Origin: Candidatus Delongbacteria bacterium
Lineage (GTDB): Bacteria > CAIWAD01
NCBI GenBank assembly: GCA_020634015.1
Contig: JACKCN010000001.1
Location: 659,258 to 723,257, forward strand
DNA: 64,000 nucleotides
Direction of reading: 5' to 3'
The notes below the pieces were generated by a model. That model was not told the DNA's origin, did not search any database, and saw only the letters and a list, made by a program, of their open reading frames with translations. This document shows positions 19,780-29,900 of this stretch, piece after piece; within the stretch, counting starts at the first letter, position 1; every line of letters starts with the position of its first letter. The position numbers and the translations under genes are program-made.

Positions 19780-20712
19780 TCAGGACTGGCGCGAATTGGC
19801 CCATTCGTGGTACAGTTGGCGAATCAGGCCATCGGCCAGGCCGGCCTGCGGCACCTGCATCCAGGTCGAGCGGGCGGTCTGCATCACGAAAAGGTAAATC
19901 CTCAGGGCATGGGGCAGCACGTCGGCGCGGTCCGGGCGCAGCCCCAGCTGGCGAATGCGCTGGGAAACCGTCAATCCGCTGATGCGCTCCAGCTGGCGCT
20001 GGATGCGCAGTTGCGACAGGGAATGATCCGGTTTGAGCCCCACCAGCGAGACCAGCTTGTTGATGTTGCCGCCGCTGCCGATGGTGATCACGGGCCCCCG
20101 CGGCCGGTGTTCACGCAGCCACTGGGCCATTTCCTGCCAGACACCCGGGTCGGTGCGTTCGGTCAGCAGGCGCACGGTACCCACGGGAAAGGAGCGACTC
20201 TGGGCCGCTCGTCCGGGCACCAGCAAGGTCAGCTCGGTGCTGCCGCCCCCCACATCCGTATAGAGGTAGTTTCCCGCCCGGTCCAGGCCCGCCTGTCCCG
20301 CGTTGGCCAGCAGGATGTGCGCTTCCTCGCTGCCCGTGATCAGTTCCAGATCCAGCCCCGCATCCTCGCGGATCTGCCGGGCCAGCTCGTCGGCGTTGGC
20401 CAGACTGCGCAGCGCGGAGGTGGCACAGGCGCGCCAGCGCAGCGGCTGCCAGGCCTCCATCAGCAGGCGAAAGGCTTTCAGGCTGTTGACCAGACGTTCG
20501 GCCGTGGCGGCACTGAGCTGCCCACTGATGAACGCCTCGGTGCCCAGGCGCAGGGGCATCCGGAACAGCGAGACCTTGCGGAAACAGGGCTCGCCGTCTT
20601 CATCCAGCACCTGCATGAAGAGCAGGCGCAGGGCATTGGAGCCCACGTCGATGGCGGCGAAGCGATGACCGAATTCACCGGGTTGGGGAGCGGGCGAAGA
20701 CTGGAATTCCAA
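19780..20712 (-). CDS. ppx: Exopolyphosphatase / guanosine pentaphosphate phosphohydrolase family (Ppx/GppA)
   Basis: AAIDVGSNALRL ... DVGGGSTEL ASKHA-fold motifs. Immediately downstream of ppk1. Confidence 0.8.
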   Translation of the reverse strand: MEFQSSPAPQPGEFGHRFAAIDVGSNALRLLFMQVLDEDGEPCFRKVSLFRMPLRLGTEAFISGQLSAATAERLVNSLKAFRLLMEAWQPLRWRACATSALRSLANADELARQIREDAGLDLELITGSEEAHILLANAGQAGLDRAGNYLYTDVGGGSTELTLLVPGRAAQSRSFPVGTVRLLTERTDPGVWQEMAQWLREHRPRGPVITIGSGGNINKLVSLVGLKPDHSLSQLRIQRQLERISGLTVSQRIRQLGLRPDRADVLPHALRIYLFVMQTARSTWMQVPQAGLADGLIRQLYHEWANSRQS

Positions 20713-20725
20713 GGGCCGTGTTTCC

Positions 20726-22909
20726 TCAGGCTGGATGCGTGCGCATCACCAGGTTGCGGATTTCCTCCTGGGCACGCAGGCCGGACTGATGGTCGCCATC
20801 ACGATAGCTGTTCGGCTGCTCCGTATCCAGCAGGCGGGCCTTGCGACTGTCCATCCAGTAGATCTCCAGCAATTCCTGCAGGTAGGCCTGGATGCCCGGG
20901 TCCATGATCGGGACGGCGGTTTCCACCCGGCGCTCGAAGTTGCGCGGCAGAAAATCCCCACTGCCGATGTAGTAGCGCGGGCTGCCGCCGTTGTGAAAAC
21001 TGTAGATGCGTGAATGCTCGAGGTAACGGTCCACCACGGCCATGGCCTGGATCTGGCGCCCCACCGTGTCCTTGCCGGCGCGCGCGCAGAACATGCCGCG
21101 CACGTTCAGGCGCACCCGCACGCCCGCTTCGGCGGCTTCGTAAAGCTGGTCGATCAGGGCATAATCGCCCAGGTTGTTCAGCTTCAGATGGATCTCGGCC
21201 CGGCGCCCGGCACGGGCCTCGCTGATCTCCTTGGCGATCAGCAGTCCCAGGGCCTCGCGCGTGTTCCAGGGGGAGGCCAGCAGATGGTGGAACTTGAGCT
21301 GCAGGTAGGGCTTGGTGAAGAACTCGAAGAGCTGGCTCACCTCGTGCACCAGCTCGGGGCGAGCGCTAAGCAGCATCATGTCCTCGAAGGCACCCGCCGT
21401 GTCCTCGTTGAAGTTTCCCGTGGCAATGCAGACATACCCGGCGGTCTTGCCGCGCTCCTCGCGCTCGATGTGCACCAGCTTGCTGTGCACCTTGAGCCCC
21501 GCCACCCCGAAGACCACATCGATGTCCTCGTCCTGCAGTTGCTGGGCCCAGTTCAGGTTGGCATTCTCGTCAAACCGGGCCTGGAGTTCCACCACCACCA
21601 GCACGCGTTTGCCGTTGCGTCTGGCCGTGATGAGCGCACGGATCACATCGGAATTCTGCGCCAGTCGGTACAATGTGATCCTTATCCGCTGCACCTTGGG
21701 GTCCAGCGCCGCCTCGCGCAGCAGCATCACGAACTGCTGGAAGGGGTTGTAGGGAAAGTGCAACAGCCGATCACGCTTGCGGATCGCGCTCAGCAGACTG
21801 CCATCCAGCGGCAGACCCGAATGGGTCACCGGGGCTTCGGCCGGATAGCGCAACGAACGGCTTCCCACCTGCGGAAAGCGGATCAGATCACTGCGGTTGT
21901 GGTAACGCCCACCGGGCAGCAGAGTATCTTCCTGTGTCACACCCATCTTGCGCATCAGTTGCTTGAGAAAGTCCCGGGGCAGGCTGCCGTCGTAGACGAA
22001 GCGCACGGGCAACCCTTCCTTGCGGCGCTTCAGGCCCTCGGCCATCTTGGCGCTGTAGCTGAGGGAGATATCGTCTTCCAGATCCAGTTCCGCATCGCGG
22101 GTCAGCTTGACCGTCCAGGCTTCGTAGACATCCTGCTTGAACAGGGCGAAGATCTCGGGCAGCATCAGGCGCACGATGTCGTCCACGAAGATCAAGGTGT
22201 CCTCGTCGTCCTGCCCCGGAATCACCACGAATCGCTGAAGATCCGGGGGCAGCTCGATCATCGCATAACGCTGCTTGCGCTTCTTTCGTGAATCGCTCAT
22301 CCGCACGGCCAGGTAGATGCTGCGTTCCTGCAGCGAGGGCAGCGGCTCGCCCGGCTTGAAGAGCACGGGCGACAGTTCGGTCTGCACATTGGCCCTGAAG
22401 AAGCTCCGCACCCAGGCTTCCTGTTCGGGACTGAGCTGGGTTTCGTTGAGCAGATGGATCCGGTTGCGGTGCAGCTCCTGGATCACATCATCGTAGGTGG
22501 AGTTGTAGTCCGCATGCAACTGTGCCACGGTACGGGTCACGGCTTCCAGCACGCGATGCGGATCATGGCCGATGTAGCTGCGCGCCCGGTCGCCCAGTTG
22601 GCAGAGCCGGCGCAGGGTGGCCACCCGTACCCGGAAGAACTCGTCCAGGTTGGAAGAGTAGATGCCCAGGAAGCGGATCCGCTCGATCAGGGGCACGCTG
22701 GGATCGCTGGCCTCCTGGAGCACGCGCTGGTTGAACAACAGCCAGCTCAGTTCCTTGGGCAGATAACGTGGATTGTCGTCGCAGTAGGTGATCACGAAAT
22801 GCTCGTCGCTGCTGAATGCCGTTGCGTCGGGACGGGCCCCAGTCTCGTTGCTCAGGATGAGATTTCTGCAAGCAAGCGCCCATGATACCAATCGGCCGCT
22901 CGATCTCAT
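20726..22909 (-). CDS. ppk: Polyphosphate kinase 1
   Basis: ELSWLLFNQRVLQEA, RFLGIYSSNLDEF, and C-terminal PLD-like HKxxxxD-like regions over 700+ aa. Start approximate; frame open to 22942. Confidence 0.9.
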   Translation of the reverse strand: MRSSGRLVSWALACRNLILSNETGARPDATAFSSDEHFVITYCDDNPRYLPKELSWLLFNQRVLQEASDPSVPLIERIRFLGIYSSNLDEFFRVRVATLRRLCQLGDRARSYIGHDPHRVLEAVTRTVAQLHADYNSTYDDVIQELHRNRIHLLNETQLSPEQEAWVRSFFRANVQTELSPVLFKPGEPLPSLQERSIYLAVRMSDSRKKRKQRYAMIELPPDLQRFVVIPGQDDEDTLIFVDDIVRLMLPEIFALFKQDVYEAWTVKLTRDAELDLEDDISLSYSAKMAEGLKRRKEGLPVRFVYDGSLPRDFLKQLMRKMGVTQEDTLLPGGRYHNRSDLIRFPQVGSRSLRYPAEAPVTHSGLPLDGSLLSAIRKRDRLLHFPYNPFQQFVMLLREAALDPKVQRIRITLYRLAQNSDVIRALITARRNGKRVLVVVELQARFDENANLNWAQQLQDEDIDVVFGVAGLKVHSKLVHIEREERGKTAGYVCIATGNFNEDTAGAFEDMMLLSARPELVHEVSQLFEFFTKPYLQLKFHHLLASPWNTREALGLLIAKEISEARAGRRAEIHLKLNNLGDYALIDQLYEAAEAGVRVRLNVRGMFCARAGKDTVGRQIQAMAVVDRYLEHSRIYSFHNGGSPRYYIGSGDFLPRNFERRVETAVPIMDPGIQAYLQELLEIYWMDSRKARLLDTEQPNSYRDGDHQSGLRAQEEIRNLVMRTHPA

Positions 22910-23098
22910 CGGCGGATCCCGCCCGGGACTTCTGTCTCCCAACCATCGTCTGTCTGTCGTGGTTCCGGGCCGATGGCGCCCTTGCCAGTCCAGGATCTTG
23001 TTTTCATGATACTTGCGTCAGATCCGGGTGAGACTCAGTGTCTCTTCCGGCGGGCAGGAGCAAGGAAATCCGGATGAGTGGCCTCTTTTGTTAAAATT

Positions 23099-23112
23099 TT
23101 GACATTTATCAA
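23099..23112. promoter_or_regulatory. FNR/CRP-family-like palindrome TTGAC-N4-ATCAA upstream of the hydrogenase operon
   Basis: TTGACATTTATCAA in the AT-rich divergent ppk/hyd intergenic region, about 92 nt upstream of the hydC ATG. Confidence 0.3.
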
Positions 23113-23203
23113 TGCCGCACTGCCCGCCAGAAGAGACCATTCCCACGACGACGGAGATCCGGGTCCCCGGAGACCGCGCTTGACACAATCGTGAGGACCG
23201 TCC

Positions 23204-23683
23204 ATGATGAAGACCAAGGCACGCATTCAGCACCTGGTGGAGACATACGGGTCCGGGCGGGAAAACCTGCTCCCCATCCTGCAGCACATCGTGCGGGAGG
23301 ACCATTTCCTTCATAGCCAGGTCCTCGAGGCGCTCGCGCACGAGATGCAGATCTCCGCGGCGGACGTCTACGGGACCGCATCCTTCTACAGTTTCCTCGA
23401 AACGGAACCTCGAGGCAGGCACATCATCCGGGTGTGCAAGACCATCTCCTGCTACATGAAAGGCAAGGATGCCCTGGTGGCCGCCATCGAGGATCGCCTG
23501 AAGATCCGCATGGGCGAGACCACGCGCGACGGCCAGTTCAGCCTGCTGGCCGCCAACTGCATGGGCTGGTGCCACAAGGGGCCGGCGATGCTGATTGACG
23601 AGCAGGTGTACACCGAACTGACCCCAGAAGGCGCGGTGGCCATCATCGAGCAGTTCATGCAGGAGCGGAGGATACGGGCATGA
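23204..23683 (+). CDS. NuoE-like thioredoxin-fold [2Fe-2S] subunit (HydC/HndA-like)
   Basis: CKTISCYMKG ... ANCMGWC cysteine pattern of NuoE/24-kDa subunits. GAGGA RBS. Confidence 0.8.
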   Translation: MMKTKARIQHLVETYGSGRENLLPILQHIVREDHFLHSQVLEALAHEMQISAADVYGTASFYSFLETEPRGRHIIRVCKTISCYMKGKDALVAAIEDRLKIRMGETTRDGQFSLLAANCMGWCHKGPAMLIDEQVYTELTPEGAVAIIEQFMQERRIRA

Positions 23684-24864
23684 CCAAGGAAGAGAAACTG
23701 TCGGCCCTGCAGAACCGCCAGATCCACGTCAACATGATCTTCGAGAGCGTGGACTGCCGGGCGATTCTGGAACATGCCCTGCAACTGGGCAGCGGTCAGG
23801 TGATCACCCTGATCGAGGAAGCCGATCTGCGCGGCCGTGGCGGTGCCGGTTTTCCTACCGGCAGGAAGTGGGCCATGGCGGCACGCCAGCCCGGCGATCG
23901 CAAATTCGTGATCTGCAATGCGGACGAAGGCGAACCGGGAACCTTCAAGGATCGCCAGATCCTGGAAGACCAGCCGGACAAGGTGTACACGGGAATGGCC
24001 CTCTGCGGCATGGCCATCGGCGCCCGCGAAGGCATCCTCTACCTGAGAGGTGAGTACGCCTACCTGTTGCCCTCGCTGCGCAGCCGGGCCGCGCTGTTCA
24101 ATGCCCTGCTGGAAGACCTGACGATTCCCTTCACGATCGATTTCCGGCTGGGCAGCGGAGCCTATGTCTGCGGCGAGGAGACCGCGCTGATCGAGTCGAT
24201 GGAAGGCCGGCGCGGCGAACCGCGCAACAAGCCGCCCTTTCCTGTGGAACAGGGCTACCTGAACCTGCCCACAATCGTCAACAATGTGGAAACCCTTGTC
24301 TACTGCACCATGATCGTCAAGGACGGCCCACAGCGCTTCCATGATCTGGGCACCTCCCAGTCACACGGCGCCAAGGTCTTCTCCGTCTCCGGCGACGCCG
24401 ACATCGAGGGGATCTACGAACTGGAGCTGGGCATGACCCTGCAGGAGTTCGTGGACATCTTCGGCGATGGTGACACCAAGGCCGTGCAGGTGGGCGGATC
24501 TTCGGGCCATTGCGTACCGCGCAAGCGCTTCGAGGAAACCGTGATCGGTTTCGAAGGCATGCCCACGGGCGGCTCGATGATGCTCTTCAACAGCACACGC
24601 TCGATGTACCACGTGCTGCACAATTACCTGGAGTTCTTCGAGGAGGAATCCTGCGGGCAATGCACGCCCTGCCGGATCGGCTGCCAGCAACTTCTGCGCG
24701 GCATCGAAGCCATCAAGCACCACGAACGGGGCCCGGAATACCTGGACGAACTGATCCGTCTGGCCCGCACCATGAACATCGCGGCCAAGTGCGGGCTGGG
24801 GCAATCGGTGGCCAACCCCTTCATCTCGATCGTGCAGAACTTCCGCGAGGAAATCCTTTTCTAG
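23680..24864 (+). CDS. NuoF-like NAD(P)H-binding flavoprotein subunit (HydB/HndC-like, minimal form)
   Basis: GRGGAGFPTGRKW, the FMN region, and ESCGQCTPCRIGC. It lacks the extra ferredoxin domains usual in bifurcating HydB. ATGA overlap with hydC. Confidence 0.8.
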   Translation: MTKEEKLSALQNRQIHVNMIFESVDCRAILEHALQLGSGQVITLIEEADLRGRGGAGFPTGRKWAMAARQPGDRKFVICNADEGEPGTFKDRQILEDQPDKVYTGMALCGMAIGAREGILYLRGEYAYLLPSLRSRAALFNALLEDLTIPFTIDFRLGSGAYVCGEETALIESMEGRRGEPRNKPPFPVEQGYLNLPTIVNNVETLVYCTMIVKDGPQRFHDLGTSQSHGAKVFSVSGDADIEGIYELELGMTLQEFVDIFGDGDTKAVQVGGSSGHCVPRKRFEETVIGFEGMPTGGSMMLFNSTRSMYHVLHNYLEFFEEESCGQCTPCRIGCQQLLRGIEAIKHHERGPEYLDELIRLARTMNIAAKCGLGQSVANPFISIVQNFREEILF

Positions 24865-24873
24865 GACAAGACC

Positions 24874-26643
24874 ATGACCCATCTCACGATGAACAACCTG
24901 CCCATGGACGTCGCAGAGGGCACGTCGATACTGGAAGCCGCCCGCGAGGCGGGAATCCACATTCCCACACTGTGTCACCACAAGGACCTTTGCGTGGCGG
25001 GCAACTGCCGGGTCTGTGTGGTGGAAGTGGAAGGCCAGCGCGCCCTGCAGGCCGCCTGCGCCCTGCCGGCAAGCGAAGGCATGAAGGTCTTCACCAATTC
25101 GGCGCGCGTGCGCTCGGCGCGCCAGATCGTGATCGAACTGCTGCTCTCCGAGCACCGCAGCGACTGCCTGAAATGCTACCGCAACGGAAACTGCGAGCTG
25201 CAGGACCTGGCCTACGAGTACCGGGTGGAAGAGCGCACATTTCTGGATCTGGCGACCCACGCGCACATCGATCGCAGTTCACTCTCGATCATCAAGGACG
25301 ATTCCAAGTGCATCCGCTGCCAGCGCTGCGTGCGCACCTGCGACGAGTTGCAGAAAGTTTCGGCCCTGACCGTGGCCCACAAGGGCAAGCACATGAAGAT
25401 CGAGACATTCTTCGCCAATCCGCTCTACGACGTGGTCTGCAGTACCTGCGGGCAATGCGTCAACCGTTGCCCGACCGGAGCGCTGGTGGAACACACCGTG
25501 GTCGATGATGTCTGGGCGGCCATCGAGAATCCCGAGCTGCACGTGATCGTGCAGACCGCTCCCGCGGTGCGGGTGTCCATTGGCGAGGAACTGGGCTACG
25601 ACCCGGGGTCCCGTGTCACGGGCAAGATGGTCACGGCCCTGCGTCGCCTGGGTTTCGACAAGGTCTTTGACACCGACTTCGCCGCTGACCTGACGATCAT
25701 CGAGGAAGGCAGCGAGCTGCTGCAGCGCCTGAAGAACGTGCTGGTCAACGGGCGCACGGACGTGGCTCTGCCCATGATCACCAGCTGCTCGCCGGGTTGG
25801 GTCAAGTTTCTCGAGCACCTCTTCCCCGACCGCCTGGATCACCTGAGCACCTGCAAGTCGCCGCAGCAGATGTTCGGCGCGCTGGCCAAGACCTGGTACG
25901 CCCGCAGGATGAAGATCGCGCCCGAGAAGATCGTGGTGGTCTCGATCATGCCCTGCACGGCCAAGAAGTACGAGGCCGCGCGGCCCGAGATGCGCGGCGA
26001 GACGGGACTGCCCGACGTGGACTATGTGCTCACCACGCGCGAACTGGGTCGGATGATCCGCCAGGCCGGACTGGACTTCCGCAAACTGGTGCCCGAGGAC
26101 TACGATTCGATGATGGGCCACTCCACCGGAGCCGGCGTGATCTTCGGGTCGACGGGTGGCGTGATGGAAGCGGCCCTGCGCACGGTGCACGAATTGGTCA
26201 CCGGCCGGGAAGTGCCCTTCGAACACCTGGACGTGCTGCCCGTGCGCGGCATGGAAGGTGTGCGCCAGGCGGTGATCCCCCTGCACGACTGCCTGCCCGC
26301 CTGGGAGTTCCTCAACGGTGTGGAACTGAAGGTGGCCGTGGCTCACGGACTGAACAACGCCTGGGAACTGATGCGGACGATCGAAGCGGGCAATTCGGGC
26401 CTGCACTTCGTGGAAGTGATGGCCTGCCCCGGAGGCTGCCTCGGCGGCGGCGGTCAGCCCATTCCCACCGACCTGGAGATCCGCAAGGAACGCATGAAAG
26501 CGATATTCGCCGAGGATTCGGCCATGACCCTGCGCAAGTCGCACAACAATCCTGATGTGATGCGACTCTACGAGGAATTCCTGCACGTGCCCCTGGGAGA
26601 ATCCTCCCACAAGTTGCTGCACACCTCGTATACCAGGCGTTAG
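24874..26643 (+). CDS. [FeFe]-hydrogenase large subunit-like protein (HydA-like) with a variant L1 motif
   Basis: N-terminal [2Fe-2S] plus [4Fe-4S] ferredoxin-like Cys clusters. H-cluster motifs L2 MPCTAKKYE and L3 EVMACPGGCLGGGGQP are present, but L1 reads TSCSPGW instead of TSCCPxW. Confidence 0.8.
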   Translation: MTHLTMNNLPMDVAEGTSILEAAREAGIHIPTLCHHKDLCVAGNCRVCVVEVEGQRALQAACALPASEGMKVFTNSARVRSARQIVIELLLSEHRSDCLKCYRNGNCELQDLAYEYRVEERTFLDLATHAHIDRSSLSIIKDDSKCIRCQRCVRTCDELQKVSALTVAHKGKHMKIETFFANPLYDVVCSTCGQCVNRCPTGALVEHTVVDDVWAAIENPELHVIVQTAPAVRVSIGEELGYDPGSRVTGKMVTALRRLGFDKVFDTDFAADLTIIEEGSELLQRLKNVLVNGRTDVALPMITSCSPGWVKFLEHLFPDRLDHLSTCKSPQQMFGALAKTWYARRMKIAPEKIVVVSIMPCTAKKYEAARPEMRGETGLPDVDYVLTTRELGRMIRQAGLDFRKLVPEDYDSMMGHSTGAGVIFGSTGGVMEAALRTVHELVTGREVPFEHLDVLPVRGMEGVRQAVIPLHDCLPAWEFLNGVELKVAVAHGLNNAWELMRTIEAGNSGLHFVEVMACPGGCLGGGGQPIPTDLEIRKERMKAIFAEDSAMTLRKSHNNPDVMRLYEEFLHVPLGESSHKLLHTSYTRR

Positions 26644-26664
26644 CCCGCCCGGCGATCGGACCGC

Positions 26665-26700
26665 GCGCGCCCCTGCTCCAGTTGGGGCGCGTTTCTTCTC
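26665..26700 (+). terminator. Rho-independent terminator after hydA
   Basis: GCGCCCC-tgctccagtt-GGGGCGC followed by GTTTCTTCTC. Confidence 0.5.
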
Positions 26701-26962
26701 GGGCAGAGCCCGAATGCATGATTCCGGCCGTTGTCACTCCTCGTGCGGCCGGACGGACCGCGCCCCCGGGGCTGGATCGCCCGGGGGCGTGCGTCTCCAG
26801 CGCACGGGCTGCAGAATCCGCACAACCGTTCTTCCCGATCAGGTCACAGGAAAACGCCCCCGACTTCTGGAATCGGGGGCGCTCTCGTGGGGAAACCCGG
26901 TATCAGGCAACGGAGCCGGTCACAGGAAAATCATGCATACCGGACACCGGGGGTGGAAAGGG

Positions 26963-29900
26963 TCATTTCAACAGCACCATTTTGCGGCTGAGACTGCGCC
27001 CATCGGCCTGAAGACGATAGATGTACACGCCACTGGCCAGACCATTACCGTCAAAATCCAGTGTGTAGTTGCCCGCCGGCTGTACGCCATCGACGAGGGT
27101 CGCCACCAGGGCCCCGCGCAGATTGAAGACCTGCAGGCGCACCTGGTGCTGGCGCTCGAGTTCATAGGAGAGGCTGGTCACCGGATTGAAAGGATTGGGC
27201 CAGTTGGCCCACAGCGCCAGTTCGGCGGGCAGGCCCGGCTCTTCGTCCAGATCGGTGCTGCCGCGCAGACTCAGGTCGAAGTTCAGCAGGCGCGTGTAGG
27301 CATCGGATTCATCGGCCTGCACCTGGGACTGGCCACTGTGATACCCGGCCAGACTGCAGTACACCACATAGCTGTTCTGGTCGACCAGGCCAGCCAGGCT
27401 GTAGGCCCCCTGGGGACCGCTGAGCGCCCAGCGCACATCCTGCCCATCGGTCGAGACCGCCAGCAGCAGCGCTCCCGCCAGGGGCAGGCCCGCTTCGCTG
27501 CGCACCAAGCCGGTGACCGTGCTGGCCCCTGCGCTGGTGGCCAGACTGCGCACGCTCATGTCCTGGTTCGTCATGTCCGTGCTGCCGCTGTAGGACATGG
27601 CTCCATCCAGGCTCCAGCTGTCTCCCGAGAACACGGGCATGTGTCCCGGGGCGAAGTAGAGCAGGGTCAGGCGATGATCGCCATCGTTGCCCACCCGGTA
27701 GTTGCCCTGCAGATCGGTGGGCACGGTGCACAATGCGCCCGTGTCCGCATCCAGGGCCACCACCAGACCATCGGCGCGCGCCTCGCCGGACTGGTCCAGC
27801 AGCCTGCCGCTGATGCTGTTCTGGGCGTCGGCGGCGGCCGTCAGGTTGAAGTTCAGGTTGCTGATGCTGGCATCGCTGGTGAAGCTGAACTGGGTGGCAT
27901 CGGCGAAGCTTTCGGCGTTGCTGAAGAAATCCATCAGATAGCCTTCGCGCTCGGCGGAGATCGAGAAGGGCACGATCGGCAGGCGGTCCAGAATGATGGT
28001 GGCGCCCCAGTTGCCCTGCGGGTCCGTGTTCACGCGGGCCTCCTCCAGCTCTCCGGCCGGAGTCCAGAACCGCAGGGCCACGCCGGGAATTCCCTGCAGG
28101 TCCGCGTCACTCACACGCCCCGCCAGCTGAATCGTGATCTGGCCACCGTCGACACGCGGAATGCCGAAATTCATGCCGTCACGTACCATCGTGGGTGCCA
28201 GGTCGATCACCGTGGCCGCGTCCAGGCTCTGGGCATCCTCCCAGTACTCGGTGTAATCCACGGGGGCTCCGTTGCCTCCGCTGAGCACATGGCAGCGCAC
28301 GAACCAGGCACCCGCGGGCAGGTCCAGCGACCAGTGTCCCGAGCTGTTGGTGAAGGTGTGGAAGGACAGGGGATCACCGGGTTCGGCGCTGATCGCTTCC
28401 ACCATCGCATACACCGGCAGGCCCGTGTCCTCGGTGCGCACATTGCCCGCCAGCAGGCCCAGCAGCATGCCGTTGTCGAGGGACATCATCTCGATGTTGA
28501 CCCGCAAGGTATCCGGGGCATGGTGACCCATCCCGTGCAGGTTCAGCTCCAGCTGGGCTTCGCTGTACCCGTCGGCATTGGCACTCAGGGTGGCGAAAGG
28601 CGCGTCCACGGCCAGCGGTCCGAAAGCGAAGTGGCCGTCCTCGTCGGACAGCCCCAGCCATTGCTGGTCACCGGCCTGCAACAGCAGCTCGGCGTCTCCA
28701 ATGGGGTCATGGCTGAACATGTCAAGCACCCGGCCCAGAATCACCGGATCGTGCGGCTCGCCGTCGTCACGGGCGTTGAGGAACAGGTCAAGGGAATTGT
28801 CACCCGGCTGCAGCAGAAGCGGCATGAAGAGCGTGTGATACCCCAAGGCCGCGGCCATCAGTTCACTGCTTCCGCCGTGCAGGCCTTCCAGCAGGAAGTG
28901 CCCCAGAGAATCACTTTCAGCCGTCACGGGCTGGCCCATGAATCCGGGAGCCGACAGACAGACGTGCGCCATGGGCATTCCGCTCCCCGCATCGCTGACC
29001 GTGCCCGACAGACTGGCGGCCTGCCCATTGCCTTCGAATGGCTCCATGCTGAAATCCAGCACGTTGTCGCCGGTTTCAAGGAAAAACTCCAGGTCAAAGG
29101 GAAAGTAGCCGGGAGCATCCGCGTGCAGGTCCGTGGGACCCGAGAAGAGCGGGTGTCCGTGGTCCGTCGAGTAGTTGCCGTCCTCGTCGGTCAGCAGGAC
29201 CTGGCCGTGATGCGGTCCGGGCAGGTGGATCAGCGCTCCGGGCACTGGAGCTCCGCTGAGGGCATCGCTGACCCGGCCACTGAGAAACGCATCGTGATCG
29301 CCGCCGTCGTGCAGCCCGATGTGGCGCGTGTTCTCCCCGGCCCCCAGAGTCACGGCCTGCTCCCAGGGCAGAAAACCCTCGGCATGGGCGTGAAGCACCA
29401 CGGTGCCGGTGGGCAGTTCATTGAACTGGTAGTGTCCATTCTCGGTGCTGAAGGTTTCCCGGTGCACGCCCTGATTGGTGTCCAGTTCGATGCGCGCACC
29501 GGCCACCACTGTGTCACTGCCGTCAATGAACACGGTGCCGCCGAGTGTGGCCAGCTCTCCTCCACCGCCCAGCGGAACCATTTCCAGATCCAGCACGAGC
29601 TGCTGGGATGGCTCCAGATCCACCAGCATCTCCAGACTGTGGAACCCTTCCCGCTCGACCCGGAAGTGGCAGATCCCGGGCAGCAGGTTCTCGGCAAGAT
29701 AGACGCCATTGCCACTGCTGAGGACCACGGGGTGATCGGGCTGCAACAGGAAGTGGAACGCGGCCCCCTGCACGGGCTGGTCATTGTTGGCATTGCGCAC
29801 GATGCCGGAGAGACGGGCGAGGTCGCCACCGCCCGGATTCTCGAGCAGCAGGTTGCGCGTGTTCAGCCCCTGCCCGGGTGTGAATTCCACACTGCGCGCC

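Noticed and set aside
21014-22291. 425-aa + ORF
   Set aside because: It is antisense to ppk1.
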